This document shows positions 1-11,111 of a DNA stretch of 64,000 bases, in pieces. Numbering within the stretch: the first letter of the stretch is position 1; every line of letters begins with the position of its first letter. The translations under genes and the position numbers were made by a program. This stretch comes from Chlorokybus atmophyticus (lineage: Eukaryota > Plantae > Mesostigma and Chlorokybus algae). The notes beneath the pieces were generated by a model, which worked only from the letters and a program-made list of their open reading frames with translations, ran no database searches and was not told the origin of the DNA. The stretch spans positions 1 to 64,000 of the forward strand of contig RHPI01002262.1 in NCBI GenBank assembly GCA_009103225.1. Direction: 5' to 3'.

Positions 1-3
1 ACT

Positions 4-58
4 TAACCCCAACCCCAACCCCAACCCCAACCCCAACCCCAACCCTAACCCTAATCCT
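4..58 (+). repeat. Telomere-like array: (AACCCC)6 then (AACCCT)2 and one degenerate unit
   Basis: Read directly. It is followed by GGGGGGGAGATTCTCTGTA, which resembles the GGGGGGGACTCTGTA motif at ~2554-2568. Confidence 0.9.
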
Positions 59-429
59 GGTGGGGGGGAGATTCTCTGTAGTTACAGAGGTATGTACCAC
101 GGTTGCATACAGGTGACTTGATAATTGATCAATCAGCTTTCTCTTGATGTATTGACTACATGACAACTGCGCAGAAGTATACTACTACTGCAACGGAAAA
201 TATGGGTATAATTGCTCGTCTCGTGGCAAATGCTGTGGTCAAAGGTATGCCAGAAGGTGAGAACTTTTGTTGCACAACATAGACTTTTGTGTAGAAGAAT
301 ATGTTGTGCTGGTGATAGGTTGATTATACACGTGTCACAGCTGTGAGTCAACTGCGAGGCGGTTTTGCCAAAAGCATTGACGAAGCGGTGGGAGAAGGTA
401 TGCACGAGGAATGGACCATTTGTCAAATG

Positions 430-1632
430 CAGTTCGTGATCAATGCTATTGCGCAAGATGAGTATGGAATGGTAAGCTTCAAGGAGCTTGGGGTTAGGGT
501 TAGGGTTAGGGTAAGGGTTAGGGTTAGCCCCACTTTTGTGCGCGCACGCACACTCAGTCATGACAAGCTATAAACCTCACAACCTAATTGAGGGAGACTT
601 TGAGATGCCACTTGCAAGCCTCGTCCTCAACAATTGCGTTGTGCTCGGCAACTATGCGCTTGCCCTCTAACTGCACATGCACAGAGCAATTGCCCACAAC
701 ATTATAAAGTCACTTGTGACAGTAACATGAAGTAATGCAAGTGTCATACGTGTATGCACAGTCAGCAATGCAACCATATGCTTACGCACTGTAAGCATGG
801 CTTGAGTTAAATCAAGTCCACACGTTCGATTGTCCACAATGAAGTCGTAAACAACGACATCTAGCTCTGGGTGTACAACTGCTCTGCCAGCGCCTTTTAA
901 TCTACAATCGCTTGCACACGCAGCTTAAATGTGCAGCTCCTGACGAATCTAACTCCGTAAGGATTGTATGGATGTAATACTCTCGCTTAATGCGCTTGAT
1001 GCTGAGATGTTTGGCTTTCTCTATGGACTTCCGCTGGTCAAGTGCACAGAGCGTTAAGGTCGAGCATGTCATCAGTCATTACTTGAGTGCACATGCACGC
1101 GCATGCACGTGTGTGCGTGCAAGCTTGTCAGCATGAGAGGGGCGCAGGTGCAGCATGTACATGCATACACAAGCAGACTGAGAGAGAGACGGAGACCAGG
1201 ACAGGGAGAGTTTGATGCAAAAGCATGAGCACGAGCAGCATATGCACGTGCACACGCGTGTGCGTGCAATCTTGTCAGCGCGAAAGGGGTAGACACAAGA
1301 GCAACATGTGCGTGCATACAAACATACGAAGAGAATAACCAGAACAAGATAGAGAGTGGCACAAGTGCGTTTCTCTTTATATGGATGGTGGAAATTCGTT
1401 GCCTATGACTGCGGCAGTGACAGTTATTGTGGCGTGCTGCTCTCACACGCTTGCTCACACCTGCCGGGCGCTCACCACTAGCATTGCGCTCTTCCTCCTC
1501 TGCAACTCTTGAGGCAGCCTCACGTGCTATAGCAACGGCCTCTGCAGCCGCCTTGGCCGCAACCTCTGCTGCAGCCGCTTGCCTCTTTAAGCGGTTTTGT
1601 GCTGCCTGTCGTGCTGCCCTTGCATTAACCAT
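430..1632 (-). pseudogene. Decayed pogo-superfamily (Tc5/CENP-B HTH, POGK-like) transposase, N-terminal DNA-binding region
   Basis: Manual minus-strand translation gives SLRS*IRQE..RLKGAGRAVVHPELDVVVYDFIVDNRTCGLDLTQAMLT, an intron, then LEGKRIVAEH...KVSLN*VVRFIACHD(fs)LSVRARTKVG, the telomeric insert, and KLLEAY. This fits the HTH_Tnp_Tc5 pattern (G.GR..PELE..L..WI...R..G..VT..ML...FKAS.GW..RF..RH.LS.R..T). The Ala/Glu-rich leader at 1632-1400 is assigned tentatively. No DDE domain was recognised. Confidence 0.75.
491..527 (+). repeat. Interstitial telomeric repeat, (TTAGGG)~6 with one TAAGGG variant, inside the pogo ORF
   Basis: Read directly as gggttagggttagggttagggtaagggttagggttag. Confidence 0.95.
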
Positions 1633-1860
1633 TGTGTTAGAGGGCGTCCTTCCGCCCAAGCCCCGTCCTCTAGCCTACTACGCCGCCCACGCCCACGCCG
1701 CCGCCGCCTGCGTGGGCGGGAACATGGCAGACAGGAGTTGAACGTGTGAAAAAAGAGCGCGGTATACGCTTGCAAAGCGTATTTCACTGAGTATTTAGCT
1801 GAGATTCACAAATTACCGCTACACAATAGAGTCCCCTAATACCATTTAAGACACCCCCCC

Positions 1861-1900
1861 CCCTAACCCTAACCCTAACCCTAACCCTAACCCTAACCCT
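1861..1900 (+). repeat. (CCCTAA)n telomeric-type array running into an assembly gap
   Basis: Read directly. It is preceded by a poly-C run and an AGAGTCCCC motif at 1829. Confidence 0.95.
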
Positions 1901-2497
1901 NNNNNNNNNNNNNNNNNNNNNNNNNNNNNNNNNNNNNNNNNNNNNNNNNNNNNNNNNNNNNNNNNNNNNNNNNNNNNNNNNNNNNNNNNNNNNNNNNNNN
2001 NNNNNNNNNNNNNNNNNNNNNNNNNNNNNNNNNNNNNNNNNNNNNNNNNNNNNNNNNNNNNNNNNNNNNNNNNNNNNNNNNNNNNNNNNNNNNNNNNNNN
2101 NNNNNNNNNNNNNNNNNNNNNNNNNNNNNNNNNNNNNNNNNNNNNNNNNNNNNNNNNNNNNNNNNNNNNNNNNNNNNNNNNNNNNNNNNNNNNNNNNNNN
2201 NNNNNNNNNNNNNNNNNNNNNNNNNNNNNNNNNNNNNNNNNNNNNNNNNNNNNNNNNNNNNNNNNNNNNNNNNNNNNNNNNNNNNNNNNNNNNNNNNNNN
2301 NNNNNNNNNNNNNNNNNNNNNNNNNNNNNNNNNNNNNNNNNNNNNNNNNNNNNNNNNNNNNNNNNNNNNNNNNNNNNNNNNNNNNNNNNNNNNNNNNNNN
2401 NNNNNNNNNNNNNNNNNNNNNNNNNNNNNNNNNNNNNNNNNNNNNNNNNNNNNNNNNNNNNNNNNNNNNNNNNNNNNNNNNNNNNNNNNNNNNNNNN
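1901..2497. other. Assembly gap (N run)
   Basis: N characters. Confidence 1.
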
Positions 2498-2899
2498 CCC
2501 CCCCCCCCCACCCACCCACCCACACCAAACAGAGTCCCTCTTGGGATAATTGAGGGGGGGACTCTGTAAAAAAGGGGGGACTCTAACGGGGTAAATACGG
2601 TACGTGTTTCTACCTCGCACTCCTTATGGTTATTAACAAGCCGCACTGGCTACGCCTGAACTTGGTTTTGATCATCTGAATACCTTTCAGGTCTTAGTCC
2701 ACGTAAAGCTGACGCCTATTCCCATTTCTTTGCTACCCCACCATCTGTTTAGCCCGTCGAGCATAGAGGCGAATGCAGTGCTGGCTTACACATAAACGGC
2801 CTCGCAAAGAAAGTTGTCATGCCCATTGTTCTCGCATGCTAGTCGTCATCGAGCATGCCTACATGCAGACCCTTACCCGGCCTATTAGCATGAAGACCC

Positions 2900-3345
2900 G
2901 CGCGCGCAACTGACCTGTAGGTAGGTCATGACTCTAGACTAGCTCATAACCGTAGTCTACATAGGCACCGCGCGTAGCTGTTCATTGAGTTTTGAGTTAT
3001 GTTTTGTATCAAATGGGGGATTCTTTATAAGTAGCCTCGATATGTCCGTTAGCTTATGTTCTAAACAGTCATGAATTGACTTGTATAAGTAGTTGCGGTG
3101 TTCACCGGATCATCTGGTGACATTGTGAGTGAGAGAGCTAGAAGCTTGTGAATCGACTTGAACTTCGAACACGCCGTTCAGATTACCAAGAATCCCCTCA
3201 CCATGTGAAAGTCTGTGCATGCTCTTGTACACTGTGCTTGTCATTAATGTGAGCTTGGCGTAATTGATTGCGGTGTGCTTGTTGAAATTAGTCATAGCAT
3301 AGCGTCCACGAGTTGCGTGCTCATTCCTCACGTCAACTTTAAGAG
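2900..3345 (+). repeat. Diverged direct repeat, copy 1 (~450 bp)
   Basis: Shares long blocks with 4350-4805, e.g. ctacataggcaccgcgcgtagctgttcatt, ttgacttgtataagtag and gtgttcaccggatca. Confidence 0.85.
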
Positions 3346-3564
3346 TTTTAACATCGCAATCATCCTCAGATAGGCAAGCTTTCCCAACATATTTATAACC
3401 ATCTTTAAAACTGCGCATCAATACAACATAAAAGTTGTTTTACAATTCAATAAAATTACGTTTTTAAAACAATAATTTTGTCCACAAATTGTCCCCCTGA
3501 TTGTGCAACACCCTTGCTTCCTTCAATTGCTCGCTCGGAGGTAAGGTTGGAGGTTTTGCTCTAT

Positions 3565-5135
3565 CTGCTGAGGTCACCCTCGTCTATTGGTGAGAACGGG
3601 GTGGGCCTGCTTGTACAATTGGTGCGATGATGAAAGTATATGAAGGGTAGAGTGTTTGTGCTGGTTACACAAATCTTTGCGTGAGCAGAAAATGTGTTAC
3701 ACTGTTGAGTGAGGGTTAGACAACTTTTATCGTTTGTGTTGTAAAATGTTTGCTACCTATGTTGACATGTTGGTTGCACGCATTGTCATGTGAGCTCGTT
3801 TACAAATGTATTAAATTGCCACACGTATATAGCAATCTGTATGTCATGAGGCATATATCTTGTTTATCTTGTTTTATTTAACTCCATTTGGTATAATGTA
3901 TCGCTTCGACATGCGCACTGAGAGACAATATTGGCTTTTTCAACGCGTTTGGTATATGGTCACAATCTTCGGTGCATGTGATGGTTATTGCACAATCATG
4001 GTGATTTGCACGCATCCGCTATGTGCCACAATGCTTCACAAACACAACTCAAGCGGCTATCGTTTCATGTATATGGCTTTTGTTGAACTCATTGTCACAA
4101 CTTGCATGCATACATAAATGTCATATATAATTTCTCGCTTTATACATCACTATTGTCGTGCAAGGAAGGCTCGAGGTATGTCTTGCAGTGAGAATGCGTA
4201 CTGCAAAGTGTACACGCATGTGCGTGAGCATAGCTGTAAGGTAACATTCTGGGGGTCTGATACAGAGTTGTCATGGCTAGTGCCCACACATACCAGCCTT
4301 CATCGGGCATGTCTACATAGAAACCGTCACCCGACCTACCAGCATACCAACGCGCGCGCGTCCCAGACCAATAGCTAGGTCATGACTTTAGGGTAGCTCA
4401 CGACCATAGCCTACATAGGCACCGCGCGTAGCTGTTCATTTGTGAGTTCAGTTATAAGTTGTGTTCTATATCGAGTGACAATCGCTGTGGAAATAGCCTC
4501 GATATGACCGTTAGCTTATGTTCTGAATGGTCATGATTTGACTTGTATAAGTAGTCACAGTGTTCACCGGATCAGCTGGTGACACTGTGAGTGAGAAAGC
4601 TGAGAGCTCGTAAAACGACTTGAACTGCGAACACGCCATCCCAGTTACCAAGAACCCCCTCACTATGTGAGAGCCTGTGCATGCTCGTGTGTGCATCGCG
4701 CTTGTCATCGCTGTGAGCTTGGTGTGCCTGGTTGCAGTGTGCTTGTGGGCATCGGTCAGGGCATAGTATCCACGTGTTGCTTGCTCAGTCACCTCACTTA
4801 ACAGTGTGACACATTTTCCGCTCATGCAAAGAACTGTGTAAACAGCACTACCTATAGTAGTGGCTTGTTGACTCACAGTGTCACCCTCTTTGCTCAAGTG
4901 AGTGCGTTGCATTCTGCATCAGATAGTGCAGTCTGTATCTGGGGTCACATCCCTGTGCATTCGTCATCACTGTCATTACATAGTGCGCACATAAGCACTA
5001 GTGTGGTGAGTGGTAGCAGCATCGAGACAGGCGGTAGAGCACAACCACTCTACCTTGCATACACTTTCACCTTTGGACTAGCTGTATGAGCAGGCCCACC
5101 CCGTTCTCTCTAATAGATGAGGGTGACCTCAGCAG
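3565..5135. repeat. ~98-bp imperfect inverted repeats (3565-3662 and 5038-5135) enclosing ~1.4 kb
   Basis: ctgctgaggtcaccctcgtctattggtgagaacggggtgggcctgct is the near reverse complement of agcaggcccaccccgttctctctaatagatgagggtgacctcagcag. No TSD was seen. Confidence 0.8.
4350..4805 (+). repeat. Diverged direct repeat, copy 2
   Basis: See 2900-3345. Confidence 0.85.
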
Positions 5136-5919
5136 CTGCCGCGCAACTGTACCCGTCGTCCCCTGTGTCGCTGGCGCTGGCGTCCTCCTGTGAGTAGGAG
5201 CTTGTATATGACTACACCTGCCTATGTGCATTTGTAAAGAGCGAGACTGCCTAAGATGGAGCTGTAGGGTTATTCTTGGTAGGTGCTGATCCCACCTGTG
5301 TTGCTGCTTGCTATGTGGCACATCAGCATGCCTTGTGGTTGCATGTAATTATTGTCGTACTACTGCTGCCGGCAGCTAACTCCATGGCTGCACTGCATGT
5401 ACCATGTCACAGCAGCGTCACCATGTGTGACCTACTCCTGTGTCTCGTCATGCGTCGACCAACCGCCCCTGCAGCCACTGCCTGCATGTAGTTGCAGTAG
5501 GCACCAAAGTGCATATTGATAATTGGCTGCTTGTTTGCTGGCCTGGTTGGAGTGTTTTTAGCCCGATGACTATACATGCGGCATAATTTATCCGATATGC
5601 GCCTTCACCACTTGTAACTGGTCTCGTGGGCAAATTAAACCCGACATGCTGTCACGCAGTAGCAAGATAGACAGTACGTGGATACTGATGTAATGCAGAC
5701 ATGTGATGGCCACAGCACAAGACTTCTGCAAATTCCATCAGACCTAGTGTCATACATGCCACACGCTACACGACACAGTTAGCAAATGTGGAATCCTATC
5801 GACATCCTTGCGGCTAGTCCCTCAGAATGTCCTGCATAACAAACACTCAATGAGGTTTGTAAACAAACTTTCACTAGAAGGTACATGTGGTGTAGTCTGT
5901 ATAATTGTATGTGCCGTCA

Positions 5920-7107
5920 TCACTCACCATGGCGGCTTGTTCGCGCATCTTGCACATTGTCGGAACTGCCGATGAGGCTTGCAATATCGGATGCGAGGTT
6001 GTTGTCAGATTGCCGTGTGCCCAGCATCTCGCCGGGGCCGCGCAGGCGCATGTCAACACTGGCTATGACAAAGCCGTCTTGCGAAGCCTCCATAATGCGC
6101 AGCCTCGCCATCGCCGCGCCGGCGTGCTGCCCTTGCCAACCCGCCCGCCCAACTGGTGCAGTTGCGCCAGCTCAAACCTCTTCGCCTGCTCCAACAGCAG
6201 GATGGTCACATCTGCAATGTCAATGCCTACCTGTTTACACAGTTATAATGTACCAACTGTGTTTTACCACAGTTTTCCACAGTCATGACCTGACATCAGC
6301 ACACCACTTGGCATACGCATACTAGCTCATAGAAGGTCAGTCAACAAACGGTGTCGCAAAACGAAGTGCACATGCATAGTTGATGCTGAGGTTACAAACA
6401 ATGCAGCAATTACACGAACTGCAAAAGTCACCTCGATGTCGATTGTGGAGAATCTCAATCGATCATCGTGCACGTCAAAGTCCTGCAAAGCTGCATTTTT
6501 CTCATGTACTGCCATGCAGCAGCCAACACGGGTAGTCGGCGAGCTCATTAGCTTGGAGGTTTTTGAACTTTAATGTGGCAGACCGCTTGTTCTGTGCAGT
6601 GCCACATCACGTGTAAGCAAACAGCAGACTGTGCATGCAGCAGCTTGTTACACTTAAGCACTTGAAAGATGTCAGAATTCTCGACGAGAAGGAACACAAT
6701 GCAATGCTCTTCACATCTTGTTCAGCTCAGCACGCACTCGCTTAGACGCCTTTTTGCATGTGGCCGTGGCCGTGGCCTTCATAAGCTTGGTTGCTACAGG
6801 GGAGCGGCCCACTGATAGCTCAGTCATGTGAACGAATCCAAGACATAAGCTTCTTATGAAGAGTATTAATTAGAGGCAAGATCGACGTTGCGTTTGAGCT
6901 GCTTGCAGCGAGGCTACTAACTAGCAGAGACAAAGTGCGAGCCGCAACACCCGAACCAGTGCTTTGTTACTACAGTCCCACGTAAGCATGTAAACGTTGA
7001 AGATACCTAACTCAATACATGCCAAGCTCCTTGGAAAGAGACTCCCATCATGGGAGTAGCTGTCATCGCCAGTGCATGTGGAGCAGCACAATCGTACCCT
7101 TTTGCTG
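5920..7107 (-). pseudogene. RECG: Decayed, intron-containing C-terminal half of an organellar RecG helicase gene
   Basis: Motifs appear in the correct order: PHALAMTATP..PRSLA (motif III), ELSVGRSPVATKL..KRVRAEL..IVF.LVENS, EKNAALQDF...STIDIE|[30 protein letters not shown] (motif VI) and [33 protein letters not shown] (TRG). There are frameshifts and stops, and no wedge domain or motifs I/II. Confidence 0.85.
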
Positions 7108-8850
7108 CAACCAACAGGAATACGTAAAACTCCACGTAGGCCGACATGAACTTTGCGGGAAATGTGCAGCTTCACGTTGTGCATGTCGACACGTGCATAA
7201 CGTAACGGGTAGGCGGCGGCGGGGTTGGCGCTGGCCTTCGGCATGGCGTCCGCAGCTAACTGCTCCTTAATTCTGGTTTAGATGCCACCATGCCGCCGCC
7301 GCCGGGGACAGCGCCAACGGCCTGCGGTCGCCACCTGTGCTGCCCACCTCCTCCTCCTCCCCAACCAGCTCCCTCCCCTCCTCGCGCTCATTTTCGTCCT
7401 CGTCCTGTGCCTCGGTACGTCATGCTGCCGCCCATTCAGCAGCGCCCTACCTCCCCCGGCCGCCGCCGCTGTCGTCATTGATATGTTTCAGCGGGGGTCA
7501 CAGGGGCGAGTTTGTGGTGCGGCAAGCGTGTGGAAATCGATTGCTCGCTTGCATTAGGCTTTCATATTGTGTGCATTGTATAGAATCACAATTAAAGCAC
7601 TATTGCTCATATATGTTTTCCCTGGTCGCCTGTTGCTGTCGATTGGTCTAAGCTGTTTGCTCGGCCTTGAATTGAGGGCTTAAGCTGCCTCTAGACTCAG
7701 TTCAGCGCTCTTTATGCAATAGCAGCAACCATTCTGCTTGTTCCAGTTGTTCGCTTGTACAGTACCATTTATTTCTCTACAACTGCAACTGTGTCTTTTC
7801 ACCTATACAAGCGTAGTACGTGCAGTGTGCAGTGTATGAGGGGGTATGATGGCTACGCATACAATCATGACTACCACTTTGACTACTGCGTGTGCTGACA
7901 GTGTGTAGCGTGCGAATGGTTCCCGTGTAAACATACCAAGTAGTCCCCGTAGACGTAGCCTAGGTAGCTACAGCAAGCTTGTTGCTTGCCTGCTCCCAGT
8001 CTTGCAAGAAACTAGTGTGCTATGACAGAAGGCTGTCACCTTTGTAACACACATGCTCACATGCGTTGAACAGAGTGACGCACTATCATTGGACATGGAG
8101 CAACAAGTTCACGTTCCCTGGTTGACGAATTTTGTTTGTTGTTAATCAGAAAGGATGAAGCAGCAGGGCCATTGTGTCGAGTTTGCCAGCGCGCAGAGCT
8201 GGATATTGCTTCGGCGCTGCCTGCCGGCGCACTTTTTGCAGGGTCATCGCAGGGTCATGTTGTGTCAGTGCCATGCTGTCAACATACGAGCTGACATTGA
8301 GTTATTGTGGCTTTCAGGGCACTATTTGCCTATCCTTGTGTCTGCTGCATACATCTCTGTACATCCCATGAGTTGATGTGAAGTTTGAAACATGCATGTC
8401 ACGCTAGTTGTGTGTAACTGTACAATCTGAGCGCATGTGTCTCGATAATTATTGCACCTCCTGTACCCATCTTCTTGACGACTGTTGTTGTAGCTGAAAC
8501 AGACCGTGCCCAACGTTGCTCAGCCACTGCCTGCAAACAACCTAATGTGAAGCAGCCTCTCAGGGTAGCGAGATGGATCTCGAGCATTATGCTGCTTGCG
8601 GGCCGCGTGTGGGAAATCCTATGTCGACCGCGGCAAATGTGTGGTATCCATCAAAGTAAGTGCTCCCATGTTTACTTGCTTTGGAGGTGTGCGTGCGTGC
8701 GCTCGCGGGCGTGCGCGCGGTGTGCATGAGTGTGTGTACACATGCTGCTCATTCAACCCACATAGCAGTAAAATTCTTGGGCAGGCTAGATGCACAATCA
8801 GTGATTTGCTTGACAGGCATGAACTTGTGACCATCACTTTCACACAATTT

Positions 8851-8966
8851 TGCGATTGCGGTTGTCGCGGCGACCTTGGGTTGGCTCATAACGCCTGTGC
8901 ATTGCATTGGTTTGCGCCGCGCGAGAGCGCCAACTGTGAGATCGGCGGCAACACCGCAAAGAACAC
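8851..8966 (+). pseudogene. Plant-type RING-CH (RINGv/MARCH-like) E3 ligase exon, degenerate
   Basis: CDCGCRGDLGLAHNACALHWFAPRESANCEIGGNTAKN matches the plant RINGv pattern GC.CK.DL..AH..CA..WF..KG...CEICG.TA.N. The last zinc-ligand Cys is Gly, and the flanking exons are unresolved. Confidence 0.7.
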
Positions 8967-10684
8967 GTGCAGTGACGATCTCTTAAACTTTTTACGCACG
9001 CCCAGCGCGGTCTTTGACCGCGACAGCAACCGCGACAACAACGAGCCGTTCTAAATTCTTGTCAGCGCGCTGCGAAGACGGGTAAGCACATTCACTGCTT
9101 GTTGTAAAGAGTGTGTATTGTCCAATCTCCACCTCTGAACATTTCACTTTCAGTTGGTTTGGTTGCCTTCCTGCCGCGAGCACCAACTCTATCAACCAAT
9201 GAGTGCTTGGAGTGAACACTAACTCTATGCACGCATCGGTCGCAAGAGTCATTGTTCCAGAAGGAGCAGTACTATTTGCACCTGTAAGCTACGGGTACAC
9301 AGTTTGGTAAACAAAGTCCATGCTCTGACGCTCGTTCATGCTTATTTTGTTTTTACCCATCCTGGCATGCATGCTTGTGTTACAACAAGCAGCATGGTTG
9401 CTCAAGCTTGTGCTAGCCATTACGTAGATTACAAGTTGACATTACGCACTTTGTGCTTTGCTGGGTGTCAATGCTTGCTTCATGTCCACCGGCTCCAAAT
9501 GGTGCCTCTCCGATACAAACAGCAGCAGGGTGTGGTCGGTATTTGCTCCCGCTTGTGCATGCAATACTAACCTCACTCTGACTATACAGCAGGCTGATTA
9601 CATACCGTGTATGGGCCTGTTCGCCCGTCTGAGCGCGTATCAGCAGCAAGTAGTCAAACAGTGGTTTGAGGTCAATGCTGCTGTCGCTGCCATCGTGCTA
9701 CTTGGCTTGACATTTGCGAAGCTCCTCGGGAACATTGGAAAGGCGGTGAGTGCAGCAGATGTGACTAGCATGCTTGACGTGTGTGCGCATTAAGCAATGC
9801 GATTGGTTGCGCTGCATATTACCACTGGTTACCATTGCTTTGCTAAATGAAGAGATTAATGGACTCACTTGGCACTTGTTACATGTTATTCACAACCACA
9901 TGCGTCTCCACATGTGCACACGTTTGTCAGCGCATGCAGACACACATGCGCACGCACGCACGTGCGAGCACACTTATGCACTAGTTTGCACTCGACTCAC
10001 ACAAATATACGCTCACGCATGGGCATGCTCGTGCGTGTTGTTCACTTGCAACCCTACTGCACAGTGGCAGTTTAGAACCACTTGTGTAAGGTTAATGATT
10101 GTGGGTCTTGTATTCTTACAGATGAGAACTGCTGGAGTGAAGTACATCGTTAGGTGTGCTTGGCGCCATCACAGTCATTTGGTTGAAACTGGTAAGTCTC
10201 TCTTTGTAGCTGCAGAGCTGCACGCATTACATTATGGCTTTTTAAAATGTACCATGTGGCAGTGTGTGCTACCGCGGATATACTTCGGGCCGACGAGGCA
10301 TTGAATAATTTTGTGCTTTCAGATGCTCAGCTTCATGGTTTGGGGCGTGGGGTCTAGGTTGGGATGATGTTGTCTCAATGCAGTTTGGTTCCAGAAGTCA
10401 AATAATGTGAATACTAAACTGTAACTTGGTGCTTTTTAGGCACACTTAGATACTAGCTAGATATTGGTATTTTTGGGCAACAGCGGTTGTATCAATGACT
10501 CTCCAATATACTTCCAGTGTTGAGTATTGTCAGAAAGTAGGTCCACTTGGCCTTGTGCAGCTGTGCACGTATACATTGGTTGGGCCCCTGTTGTTGCTGG
10601 TGCTTGTTCAGTGTTTGCTGTACTGAAGCTGAACACTTTAGCTGAGCGACCAGCTGCACCATCAAGACCTAATGGAGGCATGTG

Positions 10685-11111
10685 TAGTAAGGTGTCTGGC
10701 TGGAGCCAGTGCGTGACTGGTCACACACCCAACATCTAACCTGGCAAGTATGCAACCAATTCACAACCTATATATATATATATATATATCTATCTATCTA
10801 TATATCTATCTATCTATCTATCTATCTATATATATATATATATATATATATAACCACGAAACACAGCACACAAAAGTCCGGCTACGTACTTAGCGACCAC
10901 GCCTACCACACCACAATGCACACATCAGCAATCACCGGCAAAGTGTCAGGCCAAACGTACTAGCTGTACACCCTCGTCTATGTGCCCGAAGAACAATCAG
11001 TCACAAGGCCATCCCCCCAGTATAGTACTTACATCCTTGCCAGAATGATGTTGGGTGTGTGACCAGTCACGCACTGGCTCCAGCCAGACACACTCTACTT
11101 CACAATTACTG
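10685..11111. mobile_element. Non-autonomous hAT-like MITE (~427 bp)
   Basis: The ~45-bp perfect inverted repeat gtgtctggctggagccagtgcgtgactggtcacacacccaacatc lies at 10692-10736 and 11047-11091, extending imperfectly inward. Termini are TAGTAA and TTACTG, with the 8-bp direct repeat GGCATGTG on both flanks (10677-10684, 11112-11119). Confidence 0.65.
10769..10852. repeat. (TA)n/(TCTA)n compound microsatellite inside the MITE
   Basis: Read directly. Confidence 0.95.

Larger units (their letters stand above)
1829..2602 (-). mobile_element. Putative 5' terminus (TIR and subterminal repeats) of the pogo-like element
   Basis: The minus strand from 2600 reads CCGTATTTACCCCGTTAGAGTCCCC, flanked by TA (2601-2602), a terminus typical of pogo-type elements. 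AGAGTCCC/GGGACTCT motifs occur at 1829, 2531, 2558 and 2577. The orientation matches the transposase. The partner TIR is not in the window. Confidence 0.6.

Noticed and set aside
133-573. ORFs containing NPNPNP or VRVRVR
   Set aside because: They are translations of the telomeric insert within the decayed transposase, not real proteins.
540-970. Possible TAA/TAG-to-Gln reassignment (as in some ulvophytes) explaining in-frame stops
   Set aside because: The TAG stops fall at expected Trp positions, and intact genes here end in TAA or TAG (17720, 19289, 52922), so the code is standard.
1784-2646. Long ORFs made of X residues
   Set aside because: They are artefacts of reading through the N-gap, as are those at 19.7-21 kb and 27.1-27.9 kb apart from the Pro-rich frame.
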